A stretch of DNA of 64,000 nt from a virus, in the IMG/VR virus record IMGVR_UViG_3300022927_000008, positions 32,001 to 96,000 of that record. One strand, given 5' to 3'. The notes beneath the pieces were generated by a model that worked only from the letters and a program-made list of their open reading frames with translations, had not been told where the DNA came from and searched no databases. Positions 1 to 9,045 of the stretch are shown here, one piece after another. A program made the position numbers and the translations under genes. The first letter of the stretch is position 1, and the number at the start of each line of letters is the position of its first letter.

Positions 1-113
1 TTAGTTAGACGGTAAGTTAATTCCCCATCTTCATTAATCCCAGCTATCTCAACAAATCCTTTTTCCAATAACCCATATAGGGCGTCATTTAGTTCATTAA
101 TATCTTTAAACAT
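1..113 (-). CDS. Hypothetical protein, 3'-truncated by window edge (MFKDINELNDALYGLLEKGFVEIAGINEDGELTYRLT...)
   Basis: Manual translation from ATG at 113; open to the window edge, directly after the 116..322 gene. Confidence 0.6.
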   Translation of the reverse strand, partial: MFKDINELNDALYGLLEKGFVEIAGINEDGELTYRLT

Positions 114-115
114 AA

Positions 116-322
116 TTAAAATATATGGTGTGATCCTTCATCAAAAATATAGTTTGCTACTTTTTCTAATTTCCCTGGTACCGATATATGGTTACCATCC
201 GCCATGTAAATGTCTGTTATATCTTCATTTACGGGGCATTGTCGGATTGAGACAATTTTTTTAGCAGCTATATAGCCAGGGACCTGGTGGACCCCTCTCC
301 CCATTTTCTCAAAATAAACCAT
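116..322 (-). CDS. Hypothetical protein
   Basis: 68-aa ORF coupled to the upstream gene (TAATG overlap). Confidence 0.6.
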   Translation of the reverse strand: MVYFEKMGRGVHQVPGYIAAKKIVSIRQCPVNEDITDIYMADGNHISVPGKLEKVANYIFDEGSHHIF

Positions 323-525
323 TAATCAACGATTTTAATGTACTCACTAATACCCTCAGTCAGTGGGTAAAGATTACCTTTGGTGGGGTGAACCACCATT
401 TCGGTCTTGTCGAACTGCTTAACCAGTCCACGCTTGTTAAACACAACGCTCAGAGCGTTAACGGGCACGTAACAGCGGCCGTAGGCCCTAAACGTTTCTG
501 CTTTCTTGATCGTAACTTTCATCAT
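322..525 (-). CDS. Hypothetical early-type protein, probably leaderless
   Basis: The track start (570) lies inside a promoter; MMKVTIKK at 525 follows TATATTCA by 4 nt. Confidence 0.6.
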   Translation of the reverse strand: MMKVTIKKAETFRAYGRCYVPVNALSVVFNKRGLVKQFDKTEMVVHPTKGNLYPLTEGISEYIKIVD

Positions 526-530
526 GCCAT

Positions 531-584
531 GAATATACGAAAGGGGAGCCGGAGCTCCCCATTTTCGCATGACGTCAATATGAC
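531..584 (-). promoter_or_regulatory. Class-I promoter with GTCAT-N6-GTCAT box and palindromic spacer
   Basis: Minus strand GTCATattgacGTCAT-N7-TGGGG-N15-TTCGTATATTC. Confidence 0.75.
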
Positions 585-597
585 GCGAGAACCCCCC

Positions 598-2169
598 TTA
601 TTTTCTTTTAACTAAGCCCTTAACTGTATCTTTAAGCATTGTAGCCATTTCAGAGCTCATAGAAACTAACATTTCAGATAGTTCTTCACTGTTTTCTCTT
701 ATAAATTTATTTAATTCAATTATACTACCTATCTTACCAGCAGCAATTGCCCCTTGTACTATAGGTTCCATTTTCATTATTAGTTCCTTTTTAGCAGGGA
801 ACTTAGTAACCATTTTATCAAATATTTTCTTAACTAAAGGACCTAAAATAATAGGACCCAATACCCTTCTAAGCAAATACTGGGTTGCAAGTTTGATACC
901 AGTACCCGCTCCCATAGGGGACTCATTCATTTGCTCCTTAGCAAGGGTAGTAAGAATATTTATCTCCTCATCAGTTAAAATTTTAGCTAACTCGGCCTCA
1001 ATGGCTTTTAAGAGAGGATCACTACTTACCCCTACTTTCTCATCTAGGCTTTTTTTTTGCCTAAGTAATATAATAGCATCACTAAGAGTATCTATTTCAT
1101 CATCACTAAGTGTTGCTTCGAGATCATTTTGCATAGTATCTAACTTATTGGCTATTTCCATAGCTCTATCCAAAGCCATTTCATTTATTGCTTCATCAAT
1201 TGTTTGATCATTCACTTCTTCTAACATATCCCCATACCCCATTATTTGCATAGCTGGTACAAAAGCATCATCAAATGCTACTTTATCATCCTCTTCCATA
1301 GCGTCTGTCATTTGTAGGAAAAGAGGCTTAAGTTGCTTCTTCTTACCAGGATGTCTTGCTAACCTAGGAGCAATAAACTGGAACCTTGACTCGAGATCGT
1401 TACCAAAATCTTGGGGGTCCCCACCAAAATCCTCTTCACCACCATCATCCCTAAACTCTCTCATCATATCTCTACCTACTACTTCAGGATCATCAGCTAC
1501 GTTTTGGAACATACTTCTTCTCTCTGTTCTATCTCTATCATCTAAGTAAGCATCAATCGCCCCTGCTAATTGGGGGTGTGATTTAGCAAATACATCTTTA
1601 TAAGCATCTACTACTCTTGATTGAGCGTATGGAATATCATCTGTATCCCTAGTGGCTTCTTCAAAATCCTCTTTAAACGAGTCCATAATGGCTTTAAGGT
1701 CCCAACCTGGTTTGTCAAACTTATCCTCCTCTAGGTTATCAAAGTAATCTGCAGCGGCATCTAGATCATCTGGGGCAATCTCGTCTGCTTCAGGGTTTAT
1801 TTTTGTTCCCCCTTTCTTGAGAATACCTACAGCGTTAGAAATATCAGCACCTTCAATTGGGTTACTAGCTCCTTGACCAAATTTTTGGTGTAGATAATGG
1901 GTTTCCATTCCCTTTTTTTCTAAAGTACTGACAGCCGCATCGATAATATTTTTACCAATTTGTTGAAATTCCTGAGTACTCTCAAAAGCATCTAGGTCCT
2001 CACTCTCACCACCAGCTTCAACTGCCCTTTGGTAGTCAACATCTCTGATAATATTCATTTTCATAGCATCGTGAAAGAAGGGGATAATCTCTCCTACTCC
2101 GTCTACTTCTTCATTAACTGAGGCTTCTTCAATTATGTATTGCCTCCATTTATTCCAGCTAAAGCTCAT
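598..2169 (-). CDS. Acidic protein, probable virion-internal/late protein
   Basis: 523 aa, D/E-rich; ATATTTAT motif upstream at 2183-2190. Confidence 0.55.
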   Translation of the reverse strand: MSFSWNKWRQYIIEEASVNEEVDGVGEIIPFFHDAMKMNIIRDVDYQRAVEAGGESEDLDAFESTQEFQQIGKNIIDAAVSTLEKKGMETHYLHQKFGQGASNPIEGADISNAVGILKKGGTKINPEADEIAPDDLDAAADYFDNLEEDKFDKPGWDLKAIMDSFKEDFEEATRDTDDIPYAQSRVVDAYKDVFAKSHPQLAGAIDAYLDDRDRTERRSMFQNVADDPEVVGRDMMREFRDDGGEEDFGGDPQDFGNDLESRFQFIAPRLARHPGKKKQLKPLFLQMTDAMEEDDKVAFDDAFVPAMQIMGYGDMLEEVNDQTIDEAINEMALDRAMEIANKLDTMQNDLEATLSDDEIDTLSDAIILLRQKKSLDEKVGVSSDPLLKAIEAELAKILTDEEINILTTLAKEQMNESPMGAGTGIKLATQYLLRRVLGPIILGPLVKKIFDKMVTKFPAKKELIMKMEPIVQGAIAAGKIGSIIELNKFIRENSEELSEMLVSMSSEMATMLKDTVKGLVKRK

Positions 2170-2192
2170 GTTATTTTTGTTTATAAATATTG

Positions 2193-2759
2193 TTAAATAT
2201 TTCCGATCATTGTTTTTAACACCTCTTTCCCCCCAATCTTACGTGAGTACCACCCGTTGCCAGGTTTTTTATTTTGGGGGTGGGCTCCATACCAAGTAAT
2301 ATCTTTATTACCTAATATTGCCCTTACTTTCTCCTCATCATCAATTACAGGTACCCCACCTCTCTCGTGAAATACTCTATAAGCATCACCACTTACCTCA
2401 ACATAGTTACCAGGGGATTTTAACTCACTAGTTTTTCTAGTTAAAACGTGCTTAATATGAGGTTTCTTACCATCGTGACCCATTCCAGTGTGCTTAACAC
2501 CAAAAGATGTATTCTTACCAAAGTAAGTAACATCTAACTCAGGATCATCATCGATATCAGCGGCTCTCCAAAAACTTATATCAGGAGCCATAATATCATT
2601 AGGGGAATTAATCTTTAAATGTCCCCCAATTGGAGCATAAGCAGTTTGTACTAAATCAAATAGCTCTCCTTTTGCCTGTTCAAGCTCCTCCCCACTTAAA
2701 GGAACATACTCTCCTTTAGGGTAGTCTCTCTCCAGGAGTAAATCTATTAGCTTAATCAT
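2193..2759 (-). CDS. Hypothetical late protein with MIKLxDLLxE N-terminus
   Basis: Start moved to MIKLIDLLLE, 4 nt after an ATATTTAT motif. Confidence 0.6.
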   Translation of the reverse strand: MIKLIDLLLERDYPKGEYVPLSGEELEQAKGELFDLVQTAYAPIGGHLKINSPNDIMAPDISFWRAADIDDDPELDVTYFGKNTSFGVKHTGMGHDGKKPHIKHVLTRKTSELKSPGNYVEVSGDAYRVFHERGGVPVIDDEEKVRAILGNKDITWYGAHPQNKKPGNGWYSRKIGGKEVLKTMIGNI

Positions 2760-2770
2760 GCTAATAAATA

Positions 2771-3253
2771 TCAATCCTCCACGAAACGTTCCATAATATC
2801 AACAAAAACATCAAGTGGGGTTCTGTGTCCCATTTTCTCAACAGGAATCACACTCAAACCATCATAAAAACCATCAGAAGCAACCATGTTATACGTTTCT
2901 GTAGGGTTGATAACATCATCCTCCAACCCAAGCACTACATGGCCACTAACACTAAATTCACCATTCGTAACACCATAAGGTTCAAAACTACGAGAATGAA
3001 TAGCTGGGTTAAACAACATAACTTCAGTATCCTCAAAATGAGTTGCCAACTGGTGGGCAAAATATCCACCCATACTAGAGCCAATAATCAAATCAAACTC
3101 CTCAGCAGCACACAAGTCAATCATTTCCTCAAACAACTCATTGTTATCATAATCCATAGCAGGAGCATAACACATAAAACGATCGTTGAGGTACTTAACC
3201 TTAGAACCTCCGGGCTTGCTTTCCAAGCCATGCAAATATAATACTCTTTTCAT
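2771..3253 (-). CDS. YqiA/YcfP-family alpha/beta hydrolase (esterase)
   Basis: YLHGLES, nucleophile elbow GSSMGG, D..GH triad remainder. Confidence 0.85.
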   Translation of the reverse strand: MKRVLYLHGLESKPGGSKVKYLNDRFMCYAPAMDYDNNELFEEMIDLCAAEEFDLIIGSSMGGYFAHQLATHFEDTEVMLFNPAIHSRSFEPYGVTNGEFSVSGHVVLGLEDDVINPTETYNMVASDGFYDGLSVIPVEKMGHRTPLDVFVDIMERFVED

Positions 3254-3456
3254 TAGTTCAAAACACTTAAAATTTCCTCCTTTGATTGTACGAATGCCTC
3301 AGTAGGCATCAAACCAATCAACTCATCACCCTCGATCAATCCGTAGATTTCACGTTCACTCTCACTCATTTCACTTAACTCACGTAACTCACGGAGCATT
3401 TCCACAGTTTGGTCAATATCAACCTCACAAATCAAATTAAACATTAACTTATCCAT
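3253..3456 (-). CDS. Hypothetical protein
   Basis: Coupled 67-aa ORF. Confidence 0.6.
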   Translation of the reverse strand: MDKLMFNLICEVDIDQTVEMLRELRELSEMSESEREIYGLIEGDELIGLMPTEAFVQSKEEILSVLN

Positions 3457-3836
3457 TAGAACGGCAGGTTTTCGGTTTCAACTTCAGTTTCTTTTTCCTT
3501 CATGTTCTCAGGTACCCACTCATCCACATAGGTAACCTTTACACACTTGAGATCCTCAAAATAGAGCGTTTTGGTAATCTTGGTCCCAAAGAAATACGTT
3601 GTGGCAACCATTCCCTTACCATTCCTCATCAACTCAACATTTGCAACATACTGGTTCCAATCACTCAGAATGCAATTTCCATACTTGCGAGTGTTCAAAA
3701 TCAACGTGAACTTCTCACCATCCAAACCTCCACCACGTGGACGTTCAAACTGGATATGTGCTTCCTGGGGGTTACCTGCTTCCAACCGCTGGGTAAGTTG
3801 CTCTTGGGCGTTTTTAACTGCTTGAATCATGTTCAT
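3456..3836 (-). CDS. Hypothetical early-type protein
   Basis: The track start lies in a promoter; the likely start is MNMIQ after an A-rich leader. Confidence 0.6.
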   Translation of the reverse strand: MNMIQAVKNAQEQLTQRLEAGNPQEAHIQFERPRGGGLDGEKFTLILNTRKYGNCILSDWNQYVANVELMRNGKGMVATTYFFGTKITKTLYFEDLKCVKVTYVDEWVPENMKEKETEVETENLPF

Positions 3837-3868
3837 TTGTTTTTTCTTTCGCTTTAACCTTACCCCAT

Positions 3869-3922
3869 GAATATACGAAAGGGGATCCGAGGATCCCCAT
3901 TTTCGCATGACGTTAATATGAC
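3869..3922 (-). promoter_or_regulatory. Class-I promoter with GTCAT-N6-GTCAT box and palindromic spacer
   Basis: GTCATattaacGTCAT-N7-TGGGG-N15-TTCGTATATTC. Confidence 0.75.
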
Positions 3923-3938
3923 TAAGACTTTTATATTA

Positions 3939-4190
3939 CTATGGTAAAGGAGGGGGATTTTCTATCCCAAACTCTTCCTCCCCTACATAAACTTTACCAA
4001 GGGATTCTACTTTTACCCGTAGTTCTTCTTCTGTATCAAAGAACTCAAATTGGGGTTGACCGGTATGTACCTCACTCCCAGCTGTATAGGGACCATAATG
4101 TACGTGTTGGGGGGTATTAGTATTGGGGTCGGTTTCTCCATTCCCCCATGCTATAAAAAATCCGTCTGTTTCTCTTGTATGATGTGACAT
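3939..4190 (-). CDS. Small partner protein (MSHH family), copy 3
   Basis: Shares MSHH..HYG..GQP..EEL..VE.LG with 5922..6215 and 8744..9031. Confidence 0.8.
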   Translation of the reverse strand: MSHHTRETDGFFIAWGNGETDPNTNTPQHVHYGPYTAGSEVHTGQPQFEFFDTEEELRVKVESLGKVYVGEEEFGIENPPPLP

Positions 4191-4213
4191 TTTAATATTA
4201 TTTTATTGTTTTT

Positions 4214-5908
4214 TTATACTATTGTTATACCTGAGATAGTCCAACCTTTAGCTGTGAGTACTTGGATTGCTAAATCCATATCACTACCCACAGAATATGT
4301 TCTGGAGGTTGCAAAACTTGAAGCATTAACATTGTCAGCTGTGTTGGGGTTATCTGCCCAACCTTTTAAAGTTAACTCTAAATTAGCATCACTCATTCCA
4401 GTAGCATTACGGAACATTTGACTGGCATTTTCCAGATTAGGTAAATTCCAATTGGCTAAAGAAACATCTATAATTGGGTGATAATTGAAAGCTTTATAGA
4501 GGATCCTAACATTTGTTGTATCCCAATTAACTATACCTGCTGCTCTAGTAGCATATTCACTAGGGTTAGTAAAAAAGTCTGAACCATCATCTTCAAAATT
4601 ACCAAAAACATTATAATAAAAGAACATCTGGGACATACTATATACATTACTAGTATCCCAATTTTCTATTCCTGCGGGTAAATGATCAGCCTGTAAGAAA
4701 CAATTCTGCAGATCATTTACACTAGGCCCACACCAGTCCGAAGCATCAATATTATTTTGGTTATAAAAGTCCTCTAAACCCCAGGCAAAATTAAGTACAT
4801 TTCGCAAACCAGTGATTTGGCTTTTATCTGTATTTTTTAAATAATCTACCCAACTTTTATTAAGGCGAGCTGATGGTTTTCCTGTTACACTTCCTTGCTG
4901 AACTGCTGGTAATATATTCGCTATCGTTGATGGTTCATCCCACCCATCTAAGCTAACAACAGGTCCTAAAGGATATACCGGGGGTACGTAATAACGTGCC
5001 CCAGTACTCGCATTTAATATTTGACTTTTCGAACGGCGGAAGATATTTTGAATATGGCTGTCTTGGGTAAAAGGAATTGGGCTTAGAATGTTTAACATTT
5101 CTTTTGTCCCTTTTATAGTTATTGTATATTCCCCTAAAGGCACCCCACTATAATCATGGAATATCCAAAGGGGGAGGGAGTCTGAACCAAAAAGATAATA
5201 ATAAAATGAATCTGGGTCATCTTGGAGAGAATAATATGTTGGAGAACTATTAAATCTTCTAAAATTATAAGTACCCATATTTATTTTCTCAACTGGGCCA
5301 CCATCACCCCAATCTATAGTAATTTCTTGGTCAGCTAGAGGACCCCCAAGATAATCATCTAGCGCCTGTCTTGTTTCAGGTAGGATTGCGGGAGAAACCG
5401 TAACCTTCCACGAGGTTCCTGTTGATGCAGACCAACCATTTTCTGGGGTTCTTGGGATAGCCACCCCCCCTCTTACGGGAATAGCCCACCAATCCTGTGT
5501 TTCGGACCCTGATGAAAGAAAGCTTGTGACAATCTGACCGCTATTATAATCATAATTAGGGTTAGCTTCATTATTATTATAATGGTCTAGAGCCTCTTGG
5601 GTAGCAAAATAACCAGTTCTTATTGCAAGGGAATAAGTTACGAGTTCGCCGGAGGAGCCCCCACCTCTTGCTCCACTAGGGCCTATACTCTTTTTAGGAC
5701 CTCCACCTCCACCTGCTGAGGCAGCAGATGCTACACTAGGAGATATAGTATTTACAGTATTTAGGGTATTTAAATTGCTATAATAGTTTTCAAAAAGCAA
5801 CTGCTCCTGCATGTATCTTTTCCTGGCTTCCATAATAGGGAGACCCTTTATATCTTTTCTTTTTAAGAACTGAGGCCAGGGCTCAGGTTGGTATATTGGT
5901 TTCCACAT
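4214..5908 (-). CDS. Modular surface/virion protein: conserved N-terminal anchor, PKD-like IDWGDG, BspA/DUF285 repeats
   Basis: MWKPIYQPEPW N-terminus; WDTSNVYSMSQMF-type repeats. Confidence 0.75.
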   Translation of the reverse strand: MWKPIYQPEPWPQFLKRKDIKGLPIMEARKRYMQEQLLFENYYSNLNTLNTVNTISPSVASAASAGGGGGPKKSIGPSGARGGGSSGELVTYSLAIRTGYFATQEALDHYNNNEANPNYDYNSGQIVTSFLSSGSETQDWWAIPVRGGVAIPRTPENGWSASTGTSWKVTVSPAILPETRQALDDYLGGPLADQEITIDWGDGGPVEKINMGTYNFRRFNSSPTYYSLQDDPDSFYYYLFGSDSLPLWIFHDYSGVPLGEYTITIKGTKEMLNILSPIPFTQDSHIQNIFRRSKSQILNASTGARYYVPPVYPLGPVVSLDGWDEPSTIANILPAVQQGSVTGKPSARLNKSWVDYLKNTDKSQITGLRNVLNFAWGLEDFYNQNNIDASDWCGPSVNDLQNCFLQADHLPAGIENWDTSNVYSMSQMFFYYNVFGNFEDDGSDFFTNPSEYATRAAGIVNWDTTNVRILYKAFNYHPIIDVSLANWNLPNLENASQMFRNATGMSDANLELTLKGWADNPNTADNVNASSFATSRTYSVGSDMDLAIQVLTAKGWTISGITIV

Positions 5909-5945
5909 AATTTTGTATTTTTTAGATTAGGATATCATTTATAGT
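5662..5945. repeat. Near-identical DNA cassette encoding the conserved N-terminal domain and A/G linker (copies near 8465-8765 and 11298-11556)
   Basis: Shared strings such as ccacctcttgctccactagggcctatactc and ggccagggctcaggttggtatattggtttccacat. Confidence 0.85.
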
Positions 5946-6215
5946 CCATGTTACCCCCTTGGGATCTACCCATTCTGCGGTTTCATCCTCCATAAACATA
6001 TCTATTACAGGGGAGAGAACTCTAGGATCCTTCCACTCTTTTCCTAATTCTTCTACTCGGTTTTTTAATTCTTCTGGTGTAGTAAATGTTTCTAAGTTTG
6101 GTTGGCCTGTAATAAACTTATGATCTAAATCAGAATACCCATAGTGTACAATACCTGCATTGTTATATGCTACATAATATACGTCTTCGTTTTTTTCTAT
6201 ATGATGATGTGACAT
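5922..6215 (-). CDS. Small partner protein (MSHH family), copy 2
   Basis: MSHHHIEKNED...INDILI; paralog of 8744..9031. Confidence 0.8.
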   Translation of the reverse strand: MSHHHIEKNEDVYYVAYNNAGIVHYGYSDLDHKFITGQPNLETFTTPEELKNRVEELGKEWKDPRVLSPVIDMFMEDETAEWVDPKGVTWTINDILI

Positions 6216-6510
6216 TTTATTTTATTTTATTTTATTAAACATAAGCTTCTAAATAGAATTCACTCATGCCTGAGTGGTTTTCACAATAGGTGTATAGTTT
6301 GGGTTTGTACTCTACCTCAAATCCATTCAAGTTAGATACTATAACATCTGTATATGAACCTGAAGTACCTGGGGTACCTACAGTTGTAACGTCTGTGGTG
6401 TACTCAACTCCACCTCCATGGGTACCATCTAGTGTTTCTGAGAATTTTAGTGGGTGACCCGTATTACTAGCATCACTCTGATCAAACCTGTATGTTAGGG
6501 TAGGAGTATA
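6185..6510. repeat. Near-identical DNA cassette (large-gene C-terminus plus partner-gene start); second copy near 9000-9330
   Basis: Long shared runs, e.g. ataagcttctaaatagaattcactcatgcctgagtggttttcacaata. Confidence 0.85.
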
Positions 6511-8730
6511 TAGAGGATCGTAATTATCATAAGGTTGAATTTCTGATATGGGGAGGAAAACACTCGATGACATTACAAATTGACTTCCACTTACAGTTAC
6601 TTGTATGGGTACTTGTGTTATTCTATTAGCAGCTATAGAACCAGTTTCTAATATATCTATGTTTCCAGGCATTGACCATCCTCTACTTAATAAAGTTTCA
6701 TACGCCTGGTGGTTTGAGCTTCCACTAATAAGGGTTACACCTGTGCTATTAGAATAATTGGCAAACCATTTACGGAAATCTGCAAGATTTATGAAGTCAG
6801 TATCGTTCCAATATATGGGAGTGTCATAAGGAACAGTATTTCCATTCCCATTATTTCTTTTATCTAGGGATAATGAGGGAGTAGCACCCAAACTTATTTT
6901 ATAACCACTACTTGCATCTGACATATTCACATTAGATGCTGAACCTGAGGCCCACGCTTTAAGAGTTTCAAAGAAATCAGTATGGGACATAGCTACATGG
7001 TTAAATATGCTCTGCATATTTACTCCATCCTTTAAATTCCAGTTGGTAAGTCTTTCCTTAAAACCTGACCCACCAAACATATAACCCATACTGCTTATAT
7101 TACTTACATCCCAGTTATTAAACTGTGTATTATGTTGAAAAGCACTATTATTAAAAAACATAAGAGTTGTAGTGGTTACACTACTCAGATCCCAATTACT
7201 TAAGTCTGAGGAAAGAAAATGTCCAGTATTCTGGAATGCATATATTGTGGTCATAAACATTTGATACATAGTGGTTACATTACTTACGTCCCACTTACCT
7301 ATATCACCAGGATCACCTATCATACCTCCACTATAATTACCAAACATAGTAGACATATTGGTTACATTACTTGTATCCCAGTTGCCCAAATCATTTTGCT
7401 TGATATCTTTCCCCAACAAAAAACTCCCTCTAAACATCTCACTCATATTTGTTATATGACTTGTGTCCCAAGTACTCATATTAAGAGGGGTTAAATCTAT
7501 TAACTGTGCATCTCTAAATAAGCTACGAAATGATGTAAACTTGGAAATGTCTAAATAATGGAGTCTCCTTATTTTTCCATTATAAAAACTCCAAATGTTA
7601 CCACCCGCTAAAGGATTTCCATATATTTTAACAGATTGTGTTACAGGTGTCCAGTTATACCAATCATTAAAACGTGTTCCCCATGGAAATAATCCATTAC
7701 TTGAAGTAATAGGAGTTTCTTGGGCGTATCTATAATAAGTATTTCTAGAATACTCAGGACGAGGATAATAAGTATCAGGCTCAGGAATAAAAGGAACCCA
7801 ACTTTCAGGTACTAAATGTTCTATATCATATGCGTGATTCCATACTTTATCATTAACATAGGCAGAACCAGATTCTACACTCCATCTTGATGAGCTATCA
7901 GTACTTGAGTAAGGTATAGAATAACGAGTAGTAGTATAAAAGTGACCGTTATTTACTTGTGGGTAACCCTGGGGGCCTGAGTAATTGTTTATGTTTCCAT
8001 CTCCCCAATCAACTCTTATAGGTTCTTCTAAATCCCAAGTAATAGGTAATTTAAGCTCTCGAAGTTTTGAAGAATAAGCTTCGGTAGCATAATCATCATA
8101 TCCTGAACGTATAGAACCGCTTACTACACTAAGATAATTATCATCTGTGTTAAATACAAAGTTTTTTAATTTTTGAGTTTGAAGGTCAAAATCATCCCCA
8201 TAAGGTAATCCATTTACCCATGTATCAGGTTGGGGTAGGGGGGTTTGATCAAAATTATTTTGATAGTAAGCGCTAGTCCATGCGTTTGTTGACCATGCTG
8301 GGTCATCACTAAATGTCCATTTATTTATTGTGAATGGTTGGGGTAATTCACTTTCAAGACCTGGGGTATAATTAGAGGGGGGGTTACTGTAGCTAAGCCC
8401 TAGTGCACGATCCCAATACATTTCTGTTGGGTGGATATCCATTTCAAGGAATAGAGATAAGGCTCCTCCACCTCTTGCTCCACTAGGGCCTATACTCCTT
8501 TTAGGACCCCCACCTCCACCTCCACCTCCACCTGCTGCAGCAGCAGCAGATGCTACACTAGGAGATACAGTATTTATAGTATTTAGGGTTTGTAGATTAC
8601 TATAGTAATTCTCAAAAAGCAACTGCTCCTGCATGTACCTTTTCCTGGCTTCCATAATAGGGAGACCCTTTATATCTTTTCTTTGGAGAAATACTAGCCA
8701 TTCTCCTGGGGGTTGGATTGGTTTCCACAT
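6235..8730 (-). CDS. Modular protein: anchor, PKD-like, BspA/DUF285 repeats, C-terminal YCxxHxGM domain
   Basis: VDWGDG; WDTSNVTNMSTMF repeats; YRFDQSD..GHPL..YCENHSGM. Confidence 0.8.
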   Translation of the reverse strand: MWKPIQPPGEWLVFLQRKDIKGLPIMEARKRYMQEQLLFENYYSNLQTLNTINTVSPSVASAAAAAGGGGGGGGGPKRSIGPSGARGGGALSLFLEMDIHPTEMYWDRALGLSYSNPPSNYTPGLESELPQPFTINKWTFSDDPAWSTNAWTSAYYQNNFDQTPLPQPDTWVNGLPYGDDFDLQTQKLKNFVFNTDDNYLSVVSGSIRSGYDDYATEAYSSKLRELKLPITWDLEEPIRVDWGDGNINNYSGPQGYPQVNNGHFYTTTRYSIPYSSTDSSSRWSVESGSAYVNDKVWNHAYDIEHLVPESWVPFIPEPDTYYPRPEYSRNTYYRYAQETPITSSNGLFPWGTRFNDWYNWTPVTQSVKIYGNPLAGGNIWSFYNGKIRRLHYLDISKFTSFRSLFRDAQLIDLTPLNMSTWDTSHITNMSEMFRGSFLLGKDIKQNDLGNWDTSNVTNMSTMFGNYSGGMIGDPGDIGKWDVSNVTTMYQMFMTTIYAFQNTGHFLSSDLSNWDLSSVTTTTLMFFNNSAFQHNTQFNNWDVSNISSMGYMFGGSGFKERLTNWNLKDGVNMQSIFNHVAMSHTDFFETLKAWASGSASNVNMSDASSGYKISLGATPSLSLDKRNNGNGNTVPYDTPIYWNDTDFINLADFRKWFANYSNSTGVTLISGSSNHQAYETLLSRGWSMPGNIDILETGSIAANRITQVPIQVTVSGSQFVMSSSVFLPISEIQPYDNYDPLYTPTLTYRFDQSDASNTGHPLKFSETLDGTHGGGVEYTTDVTTVGTPGTSGSYTDVIVSNLNGFEVEYKPKLYTYCENHSGMSEFYLEAYV

Positions 8731-8743
8731 AATTTTGTATTTT

Positions 8744-9031
8744 TTAGATTAGGATATCATTTATACTAATAGTTCTATTTCCATCAGACCATGTCCCTAA
8801 TTCTTGTAATTCTTCTATTTCCAACATAGGAGGAAGGAGAGGATCTTTCCAAACTTGACCTAGCTCTTCTACTCGATTTTTTAATTCTTCTTTAGTAGAA
8901 AATCTTTCCATATAAGGTTGGCCTGAATCAATACTATCCCCAATTTCTGAATATCCATAGTGGAATATGTTAGAATTATTGTGAGTTAAATAATAGGTAT
9001 CTTCGTTTTTTTCTATATGATGATGTGACAT
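8744..9031 (-). CDS. Small partner protein (MSHH family), copy 1
   Basis: Paralog of 5922..6215. Confidence 0.8.
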   Translation of the reverse strand: MSHHHIEKNEDTYYLTHNNSNIFHYGYSEIGDSIDSGQPYMERFSTKEELKNRVEELGQVWKDPLLPPMLEIEELQELGTWSDGNRTISINDILI

Positions 9032-9045
9032 TTTATTTTATTTTA

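Noticed and set aside
322-3908. Shared MRKWG..PLSYIHG N-termini of ORFs 322..570 and 3456..3908 as a protein domain
   Set aside because: This is the translated promoter repeat; the real starts are downstream
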